DNA from: Candidatus Falkowbacteria bacterium RIFOXYA2_FULL_47_19
Lineage (GTDB): Bacteria; Patescibacteriota; Patescibacteriia; Patescibacteriales; UBA12075
DNA length: 64,000 nt
Direction: 5' to 3'
Assembly (NCBI GenBank): GCA_001780275.1
Contig: MFGB01000007.1
Coordinates: 66,280 to 130,279 of the forward strand
Under the pieces are notes generated by a model that worked only from the letters and a program-made list of their open reading frames with translations, did no database searches and was not told where the DNA came from. This document shows positions 18,750-27,465 of this stretch, piece by piece (the stretch's first letter is position 1; each line of letters opens with the position of its first letter). A program made the translations under genes and the position numbers.

Positions 18750-19919
18750 TTAAGCATTCTTCATTCGAAATTTCCCATATTCCTCTTCAATAAAGCTCTT
18801 TATCTCCTCCTTGAATCTCTCTTTTGAAAATTTCATGGCATGCTCCCGAATTGCGGCCGGATTATATTTGGCCGCGTCAAACTTTTTAACGGCCCCGATG
18901 ATCGCCGCCGGCGTCTGCTCGTCAAAAAACTCTCCACTTACGCCCTCTTTGATCGTTTCCGTGGCCCCGCTCTTGCGGTAAGCGATGACCGGCCGGCCGG
19001 ACGCCTGCGCTTCTATGACCGTGATGCCGAAATCCTCGTCCTGGGGGTGCACGAAAGCCTGGCAATCCGCGTAAAGCCGGGCCCGTTCCTCGTTGTTCAC
19101 GCGTCCCAAAAATTCAATATTAGCCGCGGTACCCGCGATCTTTTTGAGCCGGAGCATATCCGGCCCGCTACCGTATATTTTTAATTTCAGGCCCAGTTCC
19201 TTAAAGGCCTCGATCACGATATCCACCCTTTTATAAGGGTTCAGGCGGCAACCGGCGAGAAAATATTTGTCCGCCGGCTTTTCCCGGGCGACATAAAATT
19301 TATCAAGCTCCACCGGCGGATAGATCAGCGTGGAATTCTGGCGGTAATATTTTCTTATCCGGTTTTGAACCGTCCTGGAGTTGGCGATATAAGCGTCCAC
19401 CCGGTCCGCCGCCACCCGGTCCCAGACCCGGATATAATTTAAAACCAGGGAGATCAGTTTCTTGAAATATTTATTGTACTTAAGCTCGCTGATATACTGA
19501 TGCGTATAATCCCAAAGATAACGGGTGGGAGTATGGCAATAGCAGACATGGAGCGTGTCCAGGGGCGTGATCACGCCTTTGGCGAAAGAACTGGAGTCGG
19601 AGAGCACCAGATCGTAAGAGCTTAGATCAAAAAATTCCGTGGCCATGGGCATGAATGGCATATACCACTGGTAATGGCTGACGCCGCCCGGAAGCTTCTG
19701 GATTATAGAGGTGTGTATTTTTTTTCCGGCGTAATATTTGGCCGCGTTTTTTTCTTCGTAGAGCAGGGTATAGATCGGCGCTTCCGGAAAAATTTCCGCG
19801 AAAACCCTGAGTACCGCCTCGGCTCCCCCGTCCTGCGCCAGGTGGTCATGCACTAAAGCGACTTTGATTGGCGATTGCCGATTGGCGATTTTCGAATTAT
19901 TGTCTTGATAATTATTCAT
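18750..19919 (-). CDS. Glycosyltransferase family 4
   Basis: KVALVHDHL..GGAE, YCHTPTRYLWD, EDFGITVIEAQASGRPVIA. Confidence 0.92.
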   Translation of the reverse strand: MNNYQDNNSKIANRQSPIKVALVHDHLAQDGGAEAVLRVFAEIFPEAPIYTLLYEEKNAAKYYAGKKIHTSIIQKLPGGVSHYQWYMPFMPMATEFFDLSSYDLVLSDSSSFAKGVITPLDTLHVCYCHTPTRYLWDYTHQYISELKYNKYFKKLISLVLNYIRVWDRVAADRVDAYIANSRTVQNRIRKYYRQNSTLIYPPVELDKFYVAREKPADKYFLAGCRLNPYKRVDIVIEAFKELGLKLKIYGSGPDMLRLKKIAGTAANIEFLGRVNNEERARLYADCQAFVHPQDEDFGITVIEAQASGRPVIAYRKSGATETIKEGVSGEFFDEQTPAAIIGAVKKFDAAKYNPAAIREHAMKFSKERFKEEIKSFIEEEYGKFRMKNA

Positions 19920-20055
19920 ATCATGATTTTTTATTTAAAAAACAAAAAAAACTAAAAAATAAAAATCCAGCTAACCACTTCGCCACGGCCAACAACGCCG
20001 TGGTTTTTTATTTAAAAAAAGTTAAATGTCAATTGTCAAATGTTAATTGTCGTTA

Positions 20056-21480
20056 TCACGCCGCTTTTCTTCTCCTGATTACCGCCAACGGAGTCCTGAA
20101 TAAAATAGCCAGATCAAAGAGCAGGGACCAGTTCTCGATATAATAGGTGTCAAGCTTTACCTCTTCTTCGAACGAGAGATCGCTCCGGCCCGAGATCTGG
20201 GCCAGGCCGGTTATGCCGGGTTTAATGGTCATAACCTTCTTGTGGCGCGCCTCATATTGCGTTACCTCCCGCGGCTGGTGCGGACGCGGACCGACCAGGC
20301 TCATATTACCCCAAAAAACGTTAAAGAACTGGGGTAATTCGTCTATGCTCCATCGGCGGATAAACCGCCCCAGGCGCGTAACGCGCGGATCATTAACGAT
20401 CTTATAGACCGGTCCTTCTTTGGAATTCTGTTCGCGGATCAATTCCTTTTCATAGTTTTCCGCCGCGCCGCTGGCGTATTCCGCGCCCGTACAGTACTGG
20501 ATGAGCATGGAGCGGAATTTAAGCAGTTTGAATTTTCGGCCTGCCTGGCCGACTCTTTCGTTCATGTATAAGACCGGCCCCCGGGAATCAAGTTTTACCG
20601 CCAGTGCCGCCAAAAGAAACAAGGGACTGGTTACGGTAATAAGGATAACGGCTCCGATAATATCGAAGATCCGCTTGATTATCCGCCCCCAGCCGTCCAG
20701 GGGCGTTTTTTTGACCTCGACGATCGGGATACCCGCTATTTCCGTCACTTCAGTTTTAAGAACTTTGGCGCCTAAAAGATCGGCGGCGTATTTAAAGGTC
20801 AGGTGATATTCATCGGCGAAATCATAAAGCCTTAGGGTTTCCGCCTTGCTTAAATTTGGATCGCTTTGGATAAGCTCGTCCGCCTCTTTCGCTTTAAGGA
20901 ATTCGACCAATTCGTCCCGCGCCGCCAGATCGAAACTTCTCAGCCTTTTCACGACCTCAAAACCGGAGTCGCGGTTAACGGAAAATTCGTGGATCAGATT
21001 TTCCGTGGTTTTGCTGTTCCCCACCAAAACCACCTTATGCACGCCGATACCGCTCCGGAATAAAGCGCGCTGCAGTAGCCTGACCAGGCTGCGGGCGAAA
21101 CTTATATATATGATCGCCAATATCAACCCGGCTAAAACAATAAAACGGGAGTCGAATAACTCCCGTCTGATGAAAATAAGCACAACAACCAGCATAAAAC
21201 CGGTTGAACAGGCCAGGACCACGCGATAAAGCTCTTTTGCGAGCTTTCTGGCGCTCCTGATATTATAAAGTCCCGCCAAAGCGAAAATTATAAGCCACAA
21301 CGCCGCTACGATCGATACCGCCTTGAGATAACCGTAAAAATCCAGATTAAATATGACCGGACGGTATGTCTGGAAAAATTCGGCATAACGTATGTAGTAA
21401 GCCGAGATCCCCGCTAAAATTATCGCGGCGAAATCCAGTGGCACCAGTAAAAACGAAAAAAAGAGTTCTGAACGCTTCAT
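20056..21480 (-). CDS. Undecaprenyl-phosphate sugar phosphotransferase (WcaJ/CpsE-like initiating PGT)
   Basis: 4 N-terminal TM helices, KRIFDI, KFRSM, DPRVT..GRFIRRWSIDELPQ, MSLVGPRP, KPGITGLAQ. Confidence 0.95.
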   Translation of the reverse strand: MKRSELFFSFLLVPLDFAAIILAGISAYYIRYAEFFQTYRPVIFNLDFYGYLKAVSIVAALWLIIFALAGLYNIRSARKLAKELYRVVLACSTGFMLVVVLIFIRRELFDSRFIVLAGLILAIIYISFARSLVRLLQRALFRSGIGVHKVVLVGNSKTTENLIHEFSVNRDSGFEVVKRLRSFDLAARDELVEFLKAKEADELIQSDPNLSKAETLRLYDFADEYHLTFKYAADLLGAKVLKTEVTEIAGIPIVEVKKTPLDGWGRIIKRIFDIIGAVILITVTSPLFLLAALAVKLDSRGPVLYMNERVGQAGRKFKLLKFRSMLIQYCTGAEYASGAAENYEKELIREQNSKEGPVYKIVNDPRVTRLGRFIRRWSIDELPQFFNVFWGNMSLVGPRPHQPREVTQYEARHKKVMTIKPGITGLAQISGRSDLSFEEEVKLDTYYIENWSLLFDLAILFRTPLAVIRRRKAA

Positions 21481-21541
21481 AACTCATAACTCATAACTCA
21501 TAACTCATAACTTTGCTTTGTTATGAGTTTTAAGTTACGAG
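21478..21541. repeat. (CATAACT)5 tandem repeat with an inverted arm, overlapping the PGT start codon
   Basis: Five exact heptamers at 21478-21512; complementary gttatgagttttaagttacgag at 21520-21541. Confidence 0.85.
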
Positions 21542-21557
21542 AAAAAAAATTCTAATA

Positions 21558-22008
21558 ATATCGGGGCAAGCTATAAGCCGGATTCTGTATCCGCCGAATC
21601 GGCGGACGATGGCCATTTATCTAGGATCGTTGTTACCAACGACCTCATGCGAACCACTTATCTTCACCCCGAATTCTCGGAATGAGTTTGTTCTTGCTCC
21701 AGGCAGGGTTTACCGCGCATTCCGCTCGCGCGGAAGCGAAGCTTGTAGCCTTTTGACTCGAGGACAAAAGACACCAAGCGACTTTTCACTCTTCCCCCGA
21801 GGAAAGCAAAGCTTTCTTTTCGGGGTAGTATGGTCTCTGTGGCACTTTCCCTAAGGTTTCCCTCGGTCGCCGTTAGCGACTGCCGTTTTGAATTTCAGAT
21901 ACGCCGTCTTCGAAAATCGAAAATCGGCAATCGTCAATCCAAAGAGTCCGGACTTTCCTCTCTGCTTAACTAAAGCTAAGAAGAGCGGCCATCCGCTTAC
22001 CACGATAT
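21558..22008 (-). ncRNA. rnpB: RNase P RNA
   Basis: Minus strand GAGGAAAGTCCGGACTC, AGTGCCACAGA, GGTAAACCC..GGAGCAAG, ACAGAATCCGGCTTAT; complementary ends form P1. Confidence 0.95.
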
Positions 22009-22160
22009 TACTAGAATTTAATGTTCTTGATTTATAGCAACTCTAATTTATATTACCAATATTGATACAAAAAGTCAATTAAAATAGATAAAATCAATAA
22101 TGTTTTTATATTTTTTATTGTTTAACATTAGAGAAATTTTAATTTATTCCGTGGTAGCAC

Positions 22161-22189
22161 TTGACAATATAAAAAATATATGCTATATT
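22161..22189 (+). promoter_or_regulatory. Sigma70-type promoter with extended -10
   Basis: TTGACA-17 nt-TATATT with TG at the extended -10 position. Confidence 0.7.
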
Positions 22190-22195
22190 AATAAA

Positions 22196-22330
22196 TTAGC
22201 GGTGGCGATCGGCCGGTCTTCCGGCCGGTTGCCACCGATATATACAAGCACAACCAGTTTTATATAATAATAAAACATTTCCTGTAAAAACAGCTAAAAA
22301 CCACTCTGAACTATAAAGAGTGGTTTTTAG
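22196..22330 (+). ncRNA. Candidate small RNA (promoter, GC-rich hairpin, terminator, no ORF)
   Basis: 17-bp stem at 22200-22237 with two G.U pairs on the + strand; terminator-like stem at 22294-22330. Confidence 0.35.
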
Positions 22331-22342
22331 TTTTAACATGTG

Positions 22343-22371
22343 GTAGAGACGCCCCGCCGGGGCGTCTCTAC
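22343..22371. repeat. GTAG-type REP palindrome
   Basis: gtagagacgcccc-gcc-ggggcgtctctac, identical to the 6674 copy. Confidence 0.85.
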
Positions 22372-22381
22372 GCTTGTGGAC

Positions 22382-22410
22382 TTGACAAATCAATGAAAAT
22401 TTGTTAAAGT
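22382..22410 (+). promoter_or_regulatory. Sigma70-type promoter for the orphan operon
   Basis: TTGACA-17 nt-TAAAGT. Confidence 0.6.
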
Positions 22411-22530
22411 CAAAATAATTTTCGCTCCTTGAAAATCAATTTTTACGGTGTCTGCCTGAATTAGCGGCGCTATGTCCGGGATGGGCCTGGATGTAAAAAA
22501 CCGTTTGACGGCGGATGCAAGGAGAACACA

Positions 22531-23529
22531 ATGGAAGAAGAAATCACAATGGGCCAGGTAAGAGAATTGTTTGAGCAAAGCAAGGAAAAAAACGGCCACC
22601 GGCGAATCAACCGGCAAAATGCGCAGGCTTTTTTGCGCAATCCCGATCGGTTTAATACCGGCAAATTTGAACCTCGGAAACCAGATGTTTATTCTATTAC
22701 GGTTGACTATGATAAGGGTATCGAAAAAATGATAGATGCTGGCTGTTACAGCCATGTATCCATAGATTGCCTCAACCAAGATGACGGTAATTACAATCGT
22801 GTCGTTGAAAATCTCTACGAAACTAATATAACAACGATGAAAGCCGCTGAAAACAAAGCTGGCAAAACCACTATCACCGTTGAACTTATCAACCCGAACA
22901 AGGTGGTGAGTAGTGACGATTTTCTGTGTTACCTAAAAGAAAACGGTCTGCGCCCGGCTTCGCTTCCGGAATTCCTGTCTTTCCTGTCCTCTCACCACGA
23001 ACTTCCCGTGGGTACCTCTGTCATCGCTTGCCTTGATTCTTTTATGCATGAAGATTATAGTAGCGAGGGCGAGGAAGATCGTCTCACCTTCTGCGCGGTC
23101 AGGAGCGGGTGGGATTCAAGAATGCTCAGAGCTGTAGATTATTATGAAAATTGGAGCCAGGATACTAATTTTCTCGCCGTCCGCGAATCGGTCCAAGCAC
23201 CGCAACCGCTTAAAACCTTTCTCCTCTTTGAAGAAATCCATGATCCTACCGTACCCGGCCCTGATCCCAGAAAAATACTGGCCACGATCCAGGCGACAGA
23301 CGAAAAGGCTGCCGCCGCTCATCTCGGGGGTGAATATATAAGATTCCTCGGCCCCCTGGATAATGGACCCAGTATATTATTGCCCAGGAAACTTTTCAAA
23401 CCATGCGGGAAATACAGGACGCGTGATATGATGGAATTTAGACAAGACGGACTTTATATTTGCATAGATGCCAGATGTGCAGAGCACTATATTCGCATAG
23501 AGGAAGTTCCAAATATTATCGCGTCATAA
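22531..23529 (+). CDS. Two-domain hypothetical protein; C-terminal domain paralogous to the next two genes
   Basis: SD AAGGAG; N-terminal ITVDY..GLRPASLPEFL..FLAVR segment; C-terminal LKTFLL..DP..GP..A.DE..LGG..LP.KLFK. Confidence 0.8.
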   Translation: MEEEITMGQVRELFEQSKEKNGHRRINRQNAQAFLRNPDRFNTGKFEPRKPDVYSITVDYDKGIEKMIDAGCYSHVSIDCLNQDDGNYNRVVENLYETNITTMKAAENKAGKTTITVELINPNKVVSSDDFLCYLKENGLRPASLPEFLSFLSSHHELPVGTSVIACLDSFMHEDYSSEGEEDRLTFCAVRSGWDSRMLRAVDYYENWSQDTNFLAVRESVQAPQPLKTFLLFEEIHDPTVPGPDPRKILATIQATDEKAAAAHLGGEYIRFLGPLDNGPSILLPRKLFKPCGKYRTRDMMEFRQDGLYICIDARCAEHYIRIEEVPNIIAS

Positions 23530-23542
23530 GAAGGAGAAAAAG

Positions 23543-23842
23543 ATGGCTACTCTGCGAACTTTCACTCTTCTGGGGGATGACCCTTTGGGTCCGGCAGAAT
23601 GCGCCCAGGGACGATACTGCGTGCTTGTTGAAGCCGAAAACGAAGAAGCGGTCGCGGAATATTTGGGCGGCCGGTTCTCGAAAAGCTTATCGGCGATTTT
23701 CCTGCCCCAATCCCTTTTTAAACCGTTCCTTCCCGGCATCTTAAAGTTCGAAAAAGATCGCTTTTGCGTTTATCTTAAGAGCGGTCTTTTTGAAAGGGGT
23801 GTCCGGATTCAGATGCCGGAAAAAATCAGGCTTAAGGCTTAA
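23543..23842 (+). CDS. Hypothetical protein (repeated orphan domain, copy 2)
   Basis: SD AAGGAG; LRTFTLLGDDPLGP..AENEEAVAEYLGG..IFLPQSLFK. Confidence 0.8.
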   Translation: MATLRTFTLLGDDPLGPAECAQGRYCVLVEAENEEAVAEYLGGRFSKSLSAIFLPQSLFKPFLPGILKFEKDRFCVYLKSGLFERGVRIQMPEKIRLKA

Positions 23843-23868
23843 CTATAACCCATTTTATCGGAGGAAAT

Positions 23869-24198
23869 ATGAAAAAAGCCGCCAAAACCCTGACCACCTT
23901 CATTCTTTCCGGCCACGATCCGTTCGGGCCGGAGTATGAAGACGGCTGGTCCGGATCCGACTGGGGAAATATGCTTATTGACGCCCATGACGAAGAAAGC
24001 GTGGCTAGATATTTCGGCGGCCGGTATTGTCCTGAAAAACAAGCCATAGAATTGCCCAAAAAGTTATTCAAACGGACGACCCATAACGGCCGGAGATGCA
24101 AAAAATTCACGAAAGACGGTCTCGTTGTCTTTTTAAGCGACGATAACGACCGGTTTCGTTCGATCCGAAAAGCGGAAAAGCTTATAGTCAAAGATTAA
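23869..24198 (+). CDS. Hypothetical protein (repeated orphan domain, copy 3)
   Basis: SD GGAGG; LTTFILSGHDPFGP..AHDEESVARYFGG..IELPKKLFK. Confidence 0.8.
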   Translation: MKKAAKTLTTFILSGHDPFGPEYEDGWSGSDWGNMLIDAHDEESVARYFGGRYCPEKQAIELPKKLFKRTTHNGRRCKKFTKDGLVVFLSDDNDRFRSIRKAEKLIVKD

Positions 24199-24202
24199 AA
24201 CA

Positions 24203-24230
24203 CAACGGCTGAAAAATCAGCCGTTTTTTA
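24203..24230 (+). terminator. Intrinsic terminator
   Basis: aacggctga-aaaa-tcagccgtt followed by a T-tract. Confidence 0.7.
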
Positions 24231-24232
24231 TT

Positions 24233-24375
24233 TTGTCATTCTGGAGCGAAGCCGCGGCGAAGCGATAGAACCCCTTTTGACTGATCGAATAATTTAAAAC
24301 CGTAGCGCAATTTCTAATTTCCAATTTCGCGCGAGCGCAGCAAGAGTTTAATATCACGAGCCCGCAGGCGAGTTT
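24233..24375. repeat. Cluster of REP-like/GNA-triloop motifs and heptamer repeats
   Basis: gtcattctggagcgaagccgcggcgaagcga; caatttc-taatttc-caatttc; gcgcagc; ccgcagg. Confidence 0.6.
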
Positions 24376-25196
24376 TAACTATGCTTCCTTCTCAGGTAAT
24401 CAACAACCCCTAAAGTCGATCGATTCCCCTTCTCCGGCGGGAACCAAGTCTGGCCTTCTAATAGCGGATGCCCTTCGTGCTTATAAAAGATCTTTTTCTC
24501 TTCCCGTTCCCACATAGCGAAAACCTTATCCGCGCTCCGCATATCTATCTTCTGCTCATAGTCCAATAAAGCCCTGTTCAAATACAAAAACCCCCTCGGG
24601 AACTTCTTGCTTATCCGAAGCGTCAGCTCCCAGTCTTCCCAGAATTTAATATTCTCGTCCCAGCCCCCCAGTTTCATTATCTCTTTGCGCTTATGGCACA
24701 TCGAGCTGGTGTCTATCATTATCCGCCGGTGCCATAAGCGCTTCAAATCGAAATACCGGTCCGCGTTGGTGTATTCATCCCGCACTCTTTTTTCCTCCCC
24801 GTTCTCATCCACCAGGGTCAGACGATAATTTTTCTTGCAGAATACCAGCACGCGGGCCTTATCGCCCGCGAATGCCTTATTCATTAGCTCAAGGAATTCC
24901 GGATACCAGGCGTTATCGGAGTCGAGATAAGCGACAAGCTCTCCCTGCGCTTTCTTAAGGCCGTAATTACGGACCGCGGCCGGTCCGACGTTTTTCTTTA
25001 ATTTATAATAACGGATCCGCGGATCAGTAAACCGCTTTACAAGTTCTTCCGTGGCGTCTTTGGACGCGTCATCGACGATGATCAATTCAAAAAACGGATA
25101 AGTCTGCGCCAAAACAGACTGGATCGCCAGCCATAAAATATAGGCGCGGTCATGCGTCGCCGTTATCACAGAAAATTTAGGCTTAAAGTTTTTCAT
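24375..25196 (-). CDS. Glycosyltransferase family 2
   Basis: FSVITATHDR, IIVDDASKD, GPAAVRNYG, YLDSD, EDWEL; start MKNFKP at 25196. Confidence 0.92.
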   Translation of the reverse strand: MKNFKPKFSVITATHDRAYILWLAIQSVLAQTYPFFELIIVDDASKDATEELVKRFTDPRIRYYKLKKNVGPAAVRNYGLKKAQGELVAYLDSDNAWYPEFLELMNKAFAGDKARVLVFCKKNYRLTLVDENGEEKRVRDEYTNADRYFDLKRLWHRRIMIDTSSMCHKRKEIMKLGGWDENIKFWEDWELTLRISKKFPRGFLYLNRALLDYEQKIDMRSADKVFAMWEREEKKIFYKHEGHPLLEGQTWFPPEKGNRSTLGVVDYLRRKHS

Positions 25197-25389
25197 AATA
25201 TTAAGATTTATATTATAATAATAGTTTAAATAAAAATATCTTTTTAAGCAAACCGCGAAACAAACTGTCCGCGTTTCGTTTTTTTTCGTCAGTTTCCGAA
25301 TTCGGAAATGCGAAAGCAACGAATATTCACAAAATTTAACGAAAAAAATTCTTAGGAAAAAATCAAAACCGCCTTAAACGGCGGTTTTT

Positions 25390-26142
25390 CTATGAACATT
25401 TTTGAATATAGGCCGAGACATATTCCCATATCAGGGGTATGGCGTCGCTTAATCTTGCGCAGGTAGCGTATTTTTTGTCGCTACAAAGATTATACGAATT
25501 TAAAATCCCGACCAAAGCCCCCTTGGTCGTGACAATAATTCCGCCGGAGTCTCCCGCCTCCGCGTCAAGCGTCAACGGATAATGGTCGTAATGCTGGCAA
25601 GGCTGGGTGCGGTAACGGCACGATATCTTATTTTCCCGGACAAAGTATTCCGGTATTTGCAGGCCGTAATGCAGATCCACCAGCCGGTGCCACAAAACCC
25701 CGTTTTTCCGAGTCAAACCGCCGTCCCGGCGGCCGAGATAAATTATCGACCGCGGGTTGTCGCCGCCCGTCTCCGGACAAGCGAAATAAAACTTGAAGCA
25801 ATGATAAGCGCTCCCTTCCGGCAAAAATAATTTGCATAAAGCGATATCGCGAAGCGGGTCAAGGGCGCATATCTGGAAACCGGAAAATATCCGGCCGTCG
25901 GCCAATCTTGTTTTTAAGATACCCGAAGAAAAATAAACGCAGTGGGCGCTGGTCAAAAAATAACCGTCCTGGGTTAAAAGCAGGCCGCTGCCCAGATGGC
26001 TACCGCCGGCATAAAGTATTTCTATGATCGCATTGGCGATATAAGCCTCCGAAAACTCGGCAGTGGACCTCTGAAAACATCCGAAGTTGTTCAAAAAACC
26101 GGAGAGCGACTGAGGCGAACCCGATGGCTGATCGGCGGACAT
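25390..26142 (-). CDS. Trypsin-like serine protease (no signal peptide, no PDZ)
   Basis: GSG..LTSAHCV (His), DIAL (Asp), GDSGG (Ser); SD AGGAGG. Confidence 0.85.
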   Translation of the reverse strand: MSADQPSGSPQSLSGFLNNFGCFQRSTAEFSEAYIANAIIEILYAGGSHLGSGLLLTQDGYFLTSAHCVYFSSGILKTRLADGRIFSGFQICALDPLRDIALCKLFLPEGSAYHCFKFYFACPETGGDNPRSIIYLGRRDGGLTRKNGVLWHRLVDLHYGLQIPEYFVRENKISCRYRTQPCQHYDHYPLTLDAEAGDSGGIIVTTKGALVGILNSYNLCSDKKYATCARLSDAIPLIWEYVSAYIQKCS

Positions 26143-26200
26143 TATTCCCTCCTAATAATATTTTAAAGTTCAATTATTTTTATCTTTTAAAAGACGAAAA

Positions 26201-27346
26201 CTATAATAATCCGGCTTTAATACCATAACGTATCTTTCGCGTTAAATCAAGATAAAACTCCAAATTATTGAGCGTAGCCAGCCTTTGCCCGAGAGGCTCA
26301 CGGATCTTGAATAAATAATGAAGATAAGCCCTGGATAAATTCCTGAGTTCCGATAATTTACTCTCCGGATTGATCGGTTTAAAATCTTTCGCGAATTTCG
26401 CGTTAGTAATATTCTCGGTTTTATAAAAATTATTTTTTGATATATCTGTCGGCCGCAAATCGGCAATCGGCAATCGCCAATCGAAAATCCGACCGTGCCT
26501 TCCTTCCCGCGTCGGTATCACGCAGTCGAGCATATCCACCCCGCGCTTTACCGCCTCGACGATATTCTCGGGATAGCCGACGCCCATAAGATAGCGCGGC
26601 TTGTCGGCCGGCATTTCCGGCACGAGGTAATCCAAAACCGCATACATCTCGGCCGCCGATTCCCCGACCGACAGGCCGCCGATGTTGTAGCCGTCCCAGC
26701 CGATATCCTTTAAATCTCTCAGGCTCTTCAGCCGCAACTCCTTATCTAAACCTCCCTGAATAACGCAGTGGAGCAATGGCTTTTTCCCTTTTAATTTATC
26801 ATGATATTTTTTCGTTTTCCGGGCCCAGGCAGTGGTCAGATCCACTGATCGTTCGATATATTTCCGTTCCGCCGGCAGAGCCACGCATTCGTCAAGGCAA
26901 ACAGCGATATCGACGCCCAGGTCCGTCTGGATCTTCAGGGATCTTTCCGGTGTTAAATAGTATTCCCGACCGTCGACATAAGACTTAAAACGCACTCCGT
27001 CGGCTGTCAGTTTTACCAGGTTTTCGCCAGATCTTTTTTTCGTACCGGCCAAAGAAAAAACCTGAAAACCGCCCGAGTCGGTAAGAATGGGCTTGTCCCA
27101 ATCCATGAATTCATGAAGTCCGCCCGCTTTCTTGATAAGCTTCTCGCCGGGCCTGAGCATCAAATGATAAGTGTTGGATAAAAGTATCTGCGCCTTCAAA
27201 CGCCGCATCTCTCCGGTCGCCACCTGCTTGACCGCGCCCTGAGTCGCGACCGGCATGAAAAACGGAGTCTTGATTTTACCGTGGGCTGTATGCAAAATAC
27301 CCGACCTGGCCTTGCTGATTTTTGAATATTTGGTGACTTTAAACAT
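26201..27346 (-). CDS. tgt: Queuine tRNA-ribosyltransferase
   Basis: TPFFMPVAT, NTYHL, LTDSGGFQVFSL, GGLSVGE, PRYLMGVG, DCVIPTR; start MFKV at 27346. Confidence 0.96.
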   Translation of the reverse strand: MFKVTKYSKISKARSGILHTAHGKIKTPFFMPVATQGAVKQVATGEMRRLKAQILLSNTYHLMLRPGEKLIKKAGGLHEFMDWDKPILTDSGGFQVFSLAGTKKRSGENLVKLTADGVRFKSYVDGREYYLTPERSLKIQTDLGVDIAVCLDECVALPAERKYIERSVDLTTAWARKTKKYHDKLKGKKPLLHCVIQGGLDKELRLKSLRDLKDIGWDGYNIGGLSVGESAAEMYAVLDYLVPEMPADKPRYLMGVGYPENIVEAVKRGVDMLDCVIPTREGRHGRIFDWRLPIADLRPTDISKNNFYKTENITNAKFAKDFKPINPESKLSELRNLSRAYLHYLFKIREPLGQRLATLNNLEFYLDLTRKIRYGIKAGLL

Positions 27347-27351
27347 ACTTT

Positions 27352-27464
27352 CAAGGACACAAGATACAAGGATACAAAAAAATCCCAATATCCAAACGGT
27401 TTGATATTTGGAATTTGTGATTTGAAACTTGTTTGTATCCTTTTATCTTGTGTCTTGTGTTTTG
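27352..27464. repeat. Long imperfect hairpin built of 7-8-nt periodic units
   Basis: caaggacacaagatacaaggatacaaa ... tttgtatccttttatcttgtgtcttg. Confidence 0.65.
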
Positions 27465-27465
27465 A

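Noticed and set aside
21609..21854. 81-aa ORF
   Set aside because: Antisense to rnpB
25250..25325. Structured leader upstream of the GT2 gene
   Set aside because: Two short palindromes only; insufficient evidence for a defined RNA element
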